The notes below the pieces were generated by a model. It saw only the letters and a list, made by a program, of their open reading frames with translations, was not told where the DNA came from and did no database searches. Positions 35,147 through 42,894 of a DNA stretch of 42,894 bases are shown here, in pieces; positions within the stretch are counted from its first letter, which is position 1; each line of letters starts with the position of its first letter. The stretch lies in the NCBI GenBank assembly GCA_964449065.1, contig CAYVAZ010000005.1, forward strand, positions 1 to 42,894, in the 5' to 3' direction. A program made the translations under genes and the position numbers. The DNA is from an uncultured bacterium. GTDB taxonomy: Bacteria; Hinthialibacterota; Hinthialibacteria; Hinthialibacterales; Hinthialibacteraceae.

Positions 35147-35506
35147 ATGATCTGGGATCTGTATCAGCAATATCAAATCAGCCAGTTGGAAAGCAAAGTC
35201 GGAGGACAGAACCGTACCGGAACTTCCTCGAACGAGTATTTGGAACTGCGCGCGCGGCTGGATAAGTTGGCGTTGGTCAACATGGCGGTGTGGTCGCTGC
35301 TGAAAGAACACACCCCGCTCACCGAAGAAGATTTGGTAGAGCGCGTGAAAGAAATCGATCTCTCAGACGGCCAGTTGGACGGCAAGGTACGCGCGGTTCC
35401 GCAAACGTGCCCCAAATGCAGCCGCACACTCTCCAAAAAGCATCGGCGCTGTTTATACTGCGGACATCACATCACCGCGGATGATGCGTTCAGCAGCGTG
35501 ACGTGA
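35147..35506 (+). CDS. Hypothetical protein with C-terminal zinc ribbon
   Basis: EIDLSDGQLDGK followed by CPKC-x9-CLYCG. Starts 1 nt after the upstream stop. Confidence 0.7.
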   Translation: MIWDLYQQYQISQLESKVGGQNRTGTSSNEYLELRARLDKLALVNMAVWSLLKEHTPLTEEDLVERVKEIDLSDGQLDGKVRAVPQTCPKCSRTLSKKHRRCLYCGHHITADDAFSSVT

Positions 35507-35611
35507 GTTTTTTCGTTTCAAAAGAGACTCTTCTGCAACACTCAAAGCACTTTCTATTAAAGTTATTTAGTGTTAGGCTTTATACACCAAACTTAACTAA
35601 CTTTAATAGAT

Positions 35612-36766
35612 ATGAAATCCATAAACAATCCATATAGTCCCGGAGCCGGAACTCCACCACCTGAATTGGCAGGCAGAGAAGAAATAATTAACCATGTAAA
35701 TATCACTCTGGAACGTATCAAACATGGCAAACCAGCAAAAAGTCTTATTCTGTTGGGACTTAGAGGTGTAGGGAAAACAGTACTTTTAAATCAGTTTGAA
35801 ATCATGGCCGAAGACGGTAAGTGTAAAACCGCATTTTTTGAGGTTGACCCATTTTTGTCATTTCCCAATCAAATCACACCTCAGTTATACCGGTTATTAT
35901 TGCAATTAAATCGAATTAAAAAGGTTGGAAACGATATTCAAAAAGCGTTTCGGTTGTTGCGGGGCTTTGCCAGTGCATTTCAAGTCAAATACGAAAGCAT
36001 CGAGTTCGGAGTATTAGATGAAAAAGTCACTGGAGATTTGATCATAGATTTGACGGATCTTTTTGTTGCTATCGGGGAGAGCGCCAAATCGCGGAATACA
36101 ACCGCAGTTATACTTATTGATGAAATTCAGTATGTGACTCAAAACGATTTAAGTGCAATAATTATGGCACTTCATAAAATTTCTCAAAAACAATTGCCTT
36201 TGGTACTGCTGGGAGCAGGTTTACCTCAATTGGCAAAACTCGCTGGAAACGCAAAATCCTATGCGGAAAGGCTTTTCGATTATAAGCATATCGGTCGTTT
36301 GGATATACAAAGTGCAAAAGCAGCCCTAGTTAAACCTGCCAAAAAAGAGTCCGTTCTTTTTCAAGAAGATGCGCTTATAAAGATTGTTGAAGAGACAGAA
36401 TGTTATCCGTTTTTTCTGCAAGTTTGGGGTTTACATGCTTGGGAAGTTGCGCCAACTTCGCCAATTACATTAAATCATGTTAAAAAGGCAACCAAAATTG
36501 CACTAGAAACATTGGATAAAGGTTTTTTTCAAATTCGATTTGACAGGCTTACGGAAAGACAGCAAGAATATGCTAGGGCCATGACTAAAGTTGGACTTCA
36601 AGCCAACTCGTCGGCAGTGGCAAATGAACTGGGATTAACTGTAAAACAAGCTGCGCCAATCCGTGATGAAATCATTAAAAAAGGTATGGCTTATAGTCCA
36701 AGACGGGGGTATGTATCTTTTACGGTTCCAAAATTTGATGACTATATTAACCGAAGAAAGAAATAA
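35612..36766 (+). CDS. P-loop ATPase (AAA_16/archaeal-ATPase-like) with probable C-terminal winged helix
   Basis: NPYSPGAG.PP.ELAGRE, Walker A GLRGVGKT, Walker B ILIDEIQ, YAERLF, YPFFLQ and R..II.KGM.YSP.RG.V.FTVP.F. AT-richer than flanking genes. Confidence 0.88.
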   Translation: MKSINNPYSPGAGTPPPELAGREEIINHVNITLERIKHGKPAKSLILLGLRGVGKTVLLNQFEIMAEDGKCKTAFFEVDPFLSFPNQITPQLYRLLLQLNRIKKVGNDIQKAFRLLRGFASAFQVKYESIEFGVLDEKVTGDLIIDLTDLFVAIGESAKSRNTTAVILIDEIQYVTQNDLSAIIMALHKISQKQLPLVLLGAGLPQLAKLAGNAKSYAERLFDYKHIGRLDIQSAKAALVKPAKKESVLFQEDALIKIVEETECYPFFLQVWGLHAWEVAPTSPITLNHVKKATKIALETLDKGFFQIRFDRLTERQQEYARAMTKVGLQANSSAVANELGLTVKQAAPIRDEIIKKGMAYSPRRGYVSFTVPKFDDYINRRKK

Positions 36767-36777
36767 GAAAGATTCTT

Positions 36778-37056
36778 ATGAGTCCTATCAAGGTTGTCGA
36801 AGCAAGAGCACTAAATGATTATAGAGTGTACCTTCGTTTTAATGATGGGATAGAAAAAGAAATGGATATTTCACCATTTTTGCATGGCCCTGTTTTTGAA
36901 GAGGTCAAAAATAACCCCACTGTTTTTGAAGATATTCGTATCGAAGGCGGTACGATTGCCTGGTCAACCGGGGCTGATATCGATCCATACGTTCTCTATT
37001 TCGGCGGTACAAAAGAAGCCGAAGCATATTTCATGAAACAAATGGCAAACCGTTAA
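36778..37056 (+). CDS. DUF2442 domain protein
   Basis: V..AR.L.DYRV.L.F.DG....D...L.GPVFE......F......GTIAW..GADIDP..LY. Confidence 0.85.
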   Translation: MSPIKVVEARALNDYRVYLRFNDGIEKEMDISPFLHGPVFEEVKNNPTVFEDIRIEGGTIAWSTGADIDPYVLYFGGTKEAEAYFMKQMANR

Positions 37057-37062
37057 GCTCAA

Positions 37063-39654
37063 TCAAGCCGATTGCTTTTCGGTTTGAGTGGAAATTAATG
37101 GTTGCAATTCTCCCGCATCATCCCGTTCATACATCTCCACCCGAACAATTTTTTCAATCCGCAAACTGCTGTTGGTCATTTGCTCGAGGCGTTCGACCAC
37201 CGCTTCTGGCTTGGTGAATTTACCCCCTACATTTTGGCAGGTGTATGCAATCCGCAGCAAACCGTTTTCTTCGGCTATGGATGAAGAGTATAGTTTTAAC
37301 TCATCCACCACTTCAGGATGGTTTAACGTATCCTGCAATTTCGGCAAGAGGTCTACGGCAGGTTGATCCGGCAGGCAGAAGACCGCGTATTCAAACGCCT
37401 GTGCGGATGCGGTTACCTTTTTGGTATTGTTGCCGATTTCCTCAAAAGCAATGAACAAGAGTCCACCGGGGCGGAACGCGTTTAAGTGCTCCAACATGGC
37501 ATCTGTATCATAAGTTTTAATGGTTTGGATATCGACATACTCACCGAGGCTTTCCACACCGACAGATAACGCGCTGGCGAAGGTGATCTTTGCTTTGGGT
37601 GAAAACCCTTGGCTAAAGGCCAGTTCGATTCCGGCACGGCGGAAGACTGATTCCATCATCATCATTAAATCGTGGTGAGAGACAAATGCCGCGCCATCGG
37701 TTTTGGCGTATTTAATGCGGTAGCGGTAGGTGCGGTTGTCTTCGATGTTGGATTTCAACTCAAACGCACTGATGTCAGGAACGATATCGTGTTCCATATT
37801 GTATTTCGATTTGGGGGCGTTTTCGCTGTTGGGTGAATGAACCGTAACCACTTCATCCCCGTCGCAAACTTTGCAGACGCGGCACATTTCGTTCCCGCAA
37901 TGGCGGCTTTCGCTTTCCCGAAAGGTTTTTTCCCACTCGCGCCACAAATAGCGCTTGCTTAAACGCGCGGAGGCAGGGTCCCAAGGTAAGAGATCATCGT
38001 ATTCATAATAGCGTCCGGCGTATTCTTGAATTTCTCTGCCCGCTTCGCGGAAGACTTCTTCCCATAATTTGTAGTTGAAGCATTCGCCCCATTCGTCGAA
38101 ACGGCCGCCCCGTTCATATACTTGCTTGATGAGCCGGCCCACTTGCACATCGCCGCGGGCAATGGCGCCTTCTACCGCGCTTTTTTGGGCATCGTGCCAA
38201 TTGACTTTGATTCCTTTATGGTTGCGCAAACGCGAATACACATACTGCACGCGGCGTTTGATTTCGGCTTCGCTGATTTGACCATACCATTGATAAGCGG
38301 TATGCGGTTTAGGAACAAACGGTGACAACCCGACATGAATGTTGGTGCGGTATTGTCCTGCTTCTTTGAGAATTCCCTTCACCTTCAGGACCATATCCAC
38401 GATACCTTGCAGGTCGTCATCGGTTTCTGTGGGCAAACCCACCATAAAGTAAAACTTGATTTGGGTTTGGCCTTTGGTGACCGAAGCGCGAATTTTGGCA
38501 TAGATTTCGGCGTCGTAGATGAGTTTGTTGATCGCCCAGCGCAGGCGCTCGGTTCCGGCCTCGGGGGCGAAAGTTAATCCCGAACTTTTGACTTTGCCGA
38601 TTTCCTGCGTGACCCGTGCGGGAAAACTATCGATCCGCAATGACGGAAGCGATAAAGATACCCGGTCGGAAGCGAACTCGTTAATCATGCTGCTGCACAG
38701 TTCGGGCAGTTGGGTATGATCGGCAGTGGATAACGAGAGCAGGCCGATTTCATTGAAGCCGGTGTTTTTTAATCCTTCTTTGGCATCATTAATTAAGCGT
38801 TGTGGAGAGCGTTCGCGTACCGGACGGTCAATGTATCCCGCCTGGCAAAAGCGGCAGCCGCCGGGGCAGCCGCGCAGCACTTCTACCGCCAAGCGGTGGT
38901 GGATGACTTTGGTGTTGGGTACTACCTGTTTGGTAGGGTAATAGGCATCTTCAAAATCCATGACGATGCGTTTTTCAACAACTTTGGGAATGCCTGCATG
39001 TTTCGGTTCCGCGTACACGGTTTCTCCAATTCGATTGGTGACCGCTTCATACATTTGCGGGACATACACACCGGGAATTCGCGCCAGTGCGTATAAGATA
39101 TCAAAGCGGGATGCGTTTTGTTCGCGTAACCGGTTTACGCATTCGCAGATTTCCAGCACAACATCTTCGCCTTCGCCTAAGACGAAGGCATCGATAAAGT
39201 CGGCCATGGGCATGGGGTTGTAGGTACAGGGACCACCCGCAATCACGATAGGATCCTCTTCATTGCGGTCTTTCGATTCCATTGCGAAGCCGGATAGGTC
39301 TAGCATAGTGAGAACATTGGTGTACATCATCTCATGCTGCAATGAAAAGCCGACGATATGCATTTCCTTCAACGGCGTTTGGGATTCCTGCGTGGTCAAG
39401 ATTTCGTTATTTTGTTTGAGATGTTCTTCGCGGTCAGGCCAAGGGCAAAAGGCGCGTTCACACCAAATCCAATCCTGCTCGTTCAGCAATCCGTAAATGA
39501 TTTGCAGCCCTAAAAACGACATGCCGACTTCGTACACGTCGGGATAGGCAAACGCAAAGCGCAAACTCGCGTTTGGTTTGGATGTTACCGCGTTCCATTC
39601 TTCGCCGGTATAGCGGACCGGTTTTTCAAATGCGTCTAATCGGGTTGCCGTCAT
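37063..39654 (-). CDS. B12-binding radical SAM protein (TIGR03960-like) fused to a radical-SAM-linked DUF2344/TIGR03936-like domain
   Basis: KP.RY.G.E.N, YPDVYEVGMS.LG, RGCPGGCRFCQAG (CxxxCxxC), TFAPEAGTERLR and YFMVGLPTE. C-terminal F.SH.D......FRRA....FSQGF.P.....FA.AL.VG.ES..EY.D. Confidence 0.92.
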   Translation of the reverse strand: MTATRLDAFEKPVRYTGEEWNAVTSKPNASLRFAFAYPDVYEVGMSFLGLQIIYGLLNEQDWIWCERAFCPWPDREEHLKQNNEILTTQESQTPLKEMHIVGFSLQHEMMYTNVLTMLDLSGFAMESKDRNEEDPIVIAGGPCTYNPMPMADFIDAFVLGEGEDVVLEICECVNRLREQNASRFDILYALARIPGVYVPQMYEAVTNRIGETVYAEPKHAGIPKVVEKRIVMDFEDAYYPTKQVVPNTKVIHHRLAVEVLRGCPGGCRFCQAGYIDRPVRERSPQRLINDAKEGLKNTGFNEIGLLSLSTADHTQLPELCSSMINEFASDRVSLSLPSLRIDSFPARVTQEIGKVKSSGLTFAPEAGTERLRWAINKLIYDAEIYAKIRASVTKGQTQIKFYFMVGLPTETDDDLQGIVDMVLKVKGILKEAGQYRTNIHVGLSPFVPKPHTAYQWYGQISEAEIKRRVQYVYSRLRNHKGIKVNWHDAQKSAVEGAIARGDVQVGRLIKQVYERGGRFDEWGECFNYKLWEEVFREAGREIQEYAGRYYEYDDLLPWDPASARLSKRYLWREWEKTFRESESRHCGNEMCRVCKVCDGDEVVTVHSPNSENAPKSKYNMEHDIVPDISAFELKSNIEDNRTYRYRIKYAKTDGAAFVSHHDLMMMMESVFRRAGIELAFSQGFSPKAKITFASALSVGVESLGEYVDIQTIKTYDTDAMLEHLNAFRPGGLLFIAFEEIGNNTKKVTASAQAFEYAVFCLPDQPAVDLLPKLQDTLNHPEVVDELKLYSSSIAEENGLLRIAYTCQNVGGKFTKPEAVVERLEQMTNSSLRIEKIVRVEMYERDDAGELQPLISTQTEKQSA

Positions 39655-39856
39655 GATTTATCCTATCGGGATTGAAATATTACTAATTTTCTCAACTTTC
39701 AATTCTAGCCCTGCCTCTTACAACGTAAATGGGCAATCCCTATTATGGTATGGAGAAACTTCCACGTAAGTTTCTCCGCGTTTCATCCCACGTATTCGAC
39801 CACTCAAATCAACCCACAGCGCTTACAACCATTTTTTTCGGCCCGGTAAGATTTTT

Positions 39857-39882
39857 TGAAACAATTCGCTTTGCAGGACGTA
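39857..39882 (+). promoter_or_regulatory. ECF sigma-type promoter TGAAAC-N16-CGTA
   Basis: Exact match to the B. subtilis SigW-type consensus, 70 nt upstream of ATG 39952. Confidence 0.55.
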
Positions 39883-39951
39883 CTAAGTAGTAAATTCGAT
39901 AACATATTGAGCGCTCAATAACATCGTAACTTTCATGGCAGGAGAAAAAAA

Positions 39952-40146
39952 ATGAACGCATGGAACCGCGCCCCAAAAAAAAATATAAAATTTATGGAAC
40001 AAAACCACGAGTCCCGGGCGATCAATCAATCAAACGGTATGAATGAAAGCCGAAGTGGATACCGCAGATCTTCAACACGCCCGCAGGGCTATCCAACACG
40101 GTTGCGATACCGTACCGCTGACGCAGATATTCAGTGGTTGGATTAA
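39952..40146 (+). CDS. Small basic, probably disordered protein (64 aa)
   Basis: GCAGGAG RBS 8 nt before ATG. Flanked by a promoter-like motif and a terminator. No recognised family. Confidence 0.45.
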   Translation: MNAWNRAPKKNIKFMEQNHESRAINQSNGMNESRSGYRRSSTRPQGYPTRLRYRTADADIQWLD

Positions 40147-40215
40147 GAACAAAAACACAACTTTCATAGACAGGGCGAGTATTGCAAAATACTTCCTCCC
40201 CTCTATCCTTACTCA

Positions 40216-40250
40216 ATGGAGTTCTCCCCAACAGGAACTCCATTTTTTTT
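40216..40250 (+). terminator. Intrinsic terminator
   Basis: ATGGAGTTC-N10-GAACTCCAT followed by a T run. Confidence 0.85.
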
Positions 40251-40339
40251 GCCCTGGATTATTCATGACTCAACCCTTATTTTTCATCTAAAATTTGACA
40301 CAATAAAATAATCGATAAATTTTATCCGAATGGATTGAT

Positions 40340-41566
40340 ATGAATATACAATTAAACCGGCGATCATTATTGACCCTGATGGCTTGTGGTATGGGTTGTA
40401 CACATCCCACCCGTAAAACTTCATCCTCACCCAGTTTTACGATCCATAGAGACTCTTTGCAATGGATGGAAAAAACCGCCCGACAATCCATAAAGGGGTG
40501 CCAGAAACAAGCGGATAATGGAATCACGATATACACACCGGATGGTGTGGGTAACTATGGCGCATTGTGGACTCGTGACTTTTATTACATGCTGCAAATT
40601 TTTGATGGATTTGATCAAGATAAAGTAAAAGAGGCTATCCAGTATCTCATTAATGGAATTCGGGAGGACGGTGTTGCTCCCGACCGGAGACGCGTGGATG
40701 GAATTCCTGTCTACGAAGCCGGGGGCATGGGAAAACCTGTGGCACTACCGCCATTGGATAACGCGGCATTTCTGGTTTCTTTGGTGTATCTCTATTCTTC
40801 CAATACGGCGGATTTGCAATTCGCGAAAACCGTTCTTAATAGCTTAGACAAAGTGATGCGGGCAATTCCTCGAAGTGAATACGGCCTGGTTTGGAATGAA
40901 TCCGGCGCGCCCCACTCTCCTTATGGGTTTACGGATACCGTTGGTAAAACCGGGGAATTATTGTTCTGCTCGCTGTTAGATTGGAAGGCCTCACGGGAAC
41001 TGATTTGGATAAGCCAGCAATGCCGGGATACGCAAAAAGCAACATACTATTTGCAACGCTCAAAACGCGTCGAATCCAATATCGGCCGATTGGCGGACCC
41101 CAAAACCGGTTTATTCTTTGCCGCATCGCATGATTGTAAACAAATCGATGTTTGGGGAAACGCATTTGCGGTTGCGATTGGATTCCCTCTTCATGGGAAA
41201 GCGAATGAACCGATCGTACGCTTCTTTGCAGACCGGTATGACCACGTTATTGAGAAAGGGCAAGTCCGTCATTTGGTTCAGGGTGAATACTGGGAACGCA
41301 TGCTGCTTCCTATAGAACCGGGAACCTATCAAAACGGCGGGTACTGGGGAACGCCGTCCGGTTGGGTTCTTTCTGCTCTCGCAAAGGCCTATCCACACCT
41401 CGCGGCAAAAACATGGAACGACTTGGTACAAGACTATCAAACCCGCGGCATCCATGAATGGATTAATGGCTCTGAAGTGCGGCTGCCGAAATATGTCGCC
41501 TCGATAACCAACCCGCTTGCTGAAATGCGAAAACTGATTAAACATGGTATCGTTCAAGTGATTTAA
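40340..41566 (+). CDS. Tat-signal (lipo)protein, six-hairpin (alpha/alpha)6 glycosidase-like
   Basis: NRRSLL twin-arginine motif followed by a Cys (GMG-C). Y.ALWTRDF, YGFTDTV.KTG..LF.S, DVWG.AFA and YQNGGYW. Confidence 0.7.
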   Translation: MNIQLNRRSLLTLMACGMGCTHPTRKTSSSPSFTIHRDSLQWMEKTARQSIKGCQKQADNGITIYTPDGVGNYGALWTRDFYYMLQIFDGFDQDKVKEAIQYLINGIREDGVAPDRRRVDGIPVYEAGGMGKPVALPPLDNAAFLVSLVYLYSSNTADLQFAKTVLNSLDKVMRAIPRSEYGLVWNESGAPHSPYGFTDTVGKTGELLFCSLLDWKASRELIWISQQCRDTQKATYYLQRSKRVESNIGRLADPKTGLFFAASHDCKQIDVWGNAFAVAIGFPLHGKANEPIVRFFADRYDHVIEKGQVRHLVQGEYWERMLLPIEPGTYQNGGYWGTPSGWVLSALAKAYPHLAAKTWNDLVQDYQTRGIHEWINGSEVRLPKYVASITNPLAEMRKLIKHGIVQVI

Positions 41567-41652
41567 TCACAACAATCCTGTTTTTCACAACCGATGAATT
41601 TCCAGCATTTTCGTTTAAAATATGAGAAATCTTTTTGAAGAAGGGGAAAATT

Positions 41653-42894
41653 ATGCTTAGCGATACTGCCGCTATCCGTGAATGCGTCAAGAATACCGTT
41701 AACAAAACCACAATTGTGGATATGCATACGCACATTTACCCAGCCACTTTCGGCGGCTTGTTATTGTGGGGAATCGATGAACTGCTTACCTATCACTATC
41801 TAATTGCTGAAGTGTTTCGAGCCACACCCATCACCTATGAAACGTATTGGTCAATGAGTAAGACCGAACAAGCCGAATTGATTTGGGACAGTTTGTTCAT
41901 CAAACGCAGCCCGATTTCGGAAGCCTGCCGCGGTGTGCTGACCTGTTTAGAAGTATTAGGGATCGATTCATCCGAGCGCGACCTCAACAAAATCCGTCAA
42001 TACTTTAAGGAACAAAACGTAGAAGATTATATCGAAACCGTGTTTCAAAAATCAAATGTATCGTATGCCGTAATGACGAACGATCCATTCGATCCATACG
42101 AGCGGCAAAAGTGGCAGGAGGGCGCGGAAATCTCAAACCGCTTTAAAGCCGTGCTGCGGGTCGATCCGGTTTTGCAGGAATGGGAAACCACCGCCGCGAA
42201 AATGAAGGAATGCGGTGTGGAACTTTCTTCTACCTGTGATGAATCGTCTCTCAATGCCATCAAGAAATTTTTGGATGATTGGATCAAACGGATGAATCCG
42301 CTTTATATGGCGGTATCGCTAACACCGGATTTCCGCTACCCGGATGATTCCTCCTGCACCAAAGTAATCGACAACTGCATTCTCCCCTGCGCGCGGGAGC
42401 ACAACATTCCATTCGCGATGATGATCGGTGTGAAACGGCAGGTGAATCCCAGCCTGCAACTTGCTGGAGATAGCGTCGGTAAGTCTGACATCATCAGCGT
42501 GGAAAACATCTTGGCCAACAACCAAGAAAACCGCTTTTTCGTAACCATGCTCAGCCGGGAGAACCAGCATGAGTTGTGCGTGACGGCAAGAAAGTTCCCC
42601 AACCTGATGGTCTTCGGCTGCTGGTGGTTTTTGAATAACCCCAGCATAATTGAAGAAATCACCCGCGAACGGATGGAACTTATCGGGCTCAGCTGCATCC
42701 CGCAGCACTCGGACGCTCGGGTACTGGATCAATTACTCTATAAATGGAAACACTCACGCCGTATAATCGGCAATGTATTGGCGGATAAATATGAAGACCT
42801 AGCGTTAACCGGTTGGAAAGTATCCGAAGAAGAAATTAGACGGGATGTTGAATTGCTGTTCGCGCAGAATTTCGAGAGTTTTGTTGGAATATAG
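41653..42894 (+). CDS. uxaC: Glucuronate (uronate) isomerase, Bh0493-like amidohydrolase subgroup
   Basis: DMHTH, WGIDELLTYHYLIAE, MTNDPFD, GVKR.VNP.L..AGD, FGCWWF and PQHSDARVLDQL.YKW.HSR. ATG 41653 behind AAGGGG. Confidence 0.9.
   Translation: MLSDTAAIRECVKNTVNKTTIVDMHTHIYPATFGGLLLWGIDELLTYHYLIAEVFRATPITYETYWSMSKTEQAELIWDSLFIKRSPISEACRGVLTCLEVLGIDSSERDLNKIRQYFKEQNVEDYIETVFQKSNVSYAVMTNDPFDPYERQKWQEGAEISNRFKAVLRVDPVLQEWETTAAKMKECGVELSSTCDESSLNAIKKFLDDWIKRMNPLYMAVSLTPDFRYPDDSSCTKVIDNCILPCAREHNIPFAMMIGVKRQVNPSLQLAGDSVGKSDIISVENILANNQENRFFVTMLSRENQHELCVTARKFPNLMVFGCWWFLNNPSIIEEITRERMELIGLSCIPQHSDARVLDQLLYKWKHSRRIIGNVLADKYEDLALTGWKVSEEEIRRDVELLFAQNFESFVGI

Noticed and set aside
40043..40291. 82-aa alternative ORF
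   Set aside because: No SD and it runs through a strong intrinsic terminator. 39952-40146 has better signals.
1..42894. tRNA, rRNA, tmRNA, SRP RNA, known riboswitches and IS transposases
   Set aside because: No diagnostic motifs recognised by eye in the intergenic regions. A covariance-model scan would be needed to exclude divergent members.

Overview
Bacterial chromosomal window of moderate GC with one 100-N scaffold gap at 13780-13879. It holds about 35 genes. Housekeeping genes are smc, ftsH, a class I DAHP synthase, a B12-radical SAM/DUF2344 fusion and uronate isomerase. Glycan-scavenging genes are a sulfatase, a GH140-like hydrolase, an FGGY kinase with a Na+/solute symporter, a Tat-exported six-hairpin glycosidase and an orphan BMC shell protein. 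There is also a three-gene membrane glycosylation cluster, two tandem prepilin-like paralogues and small toxin-antitoxin inserts, one with a nonsense-inactivated PIN toxin. No rRNA, tRNA, CRISPR array or transposase was recognised. The prepilin leader style and secretome features suggest a Sumerlaeota/Hinthialibacterota(OLB16)-like bacterium; this is inference only. Main novelties: (1) an orphan T4 gp19/Afp1-like tail-tube protein carrying a Sec signal peptide, tightly coupled to a secreted six-repeat beta-propeller protein, with no sheath or baseplate genes in the window; (2) four unrelated secreted proteins ending in the same register-exact motif [VI]-x-x-[WF]-x-x-x-COOH, a candidate lineage-specific C-terminal sorting signal; (3) a possible N-terminal pyroglutamate 'Q-rule' near a glutaminyl cyclase; (4) several structured non-coding elements: an ECF-type promoter unit with a C-rich 3' UTR, an smc 3' RNA with an anti-SD loop, a structured ftsH leader, REP palindromes and LacI-type operators.
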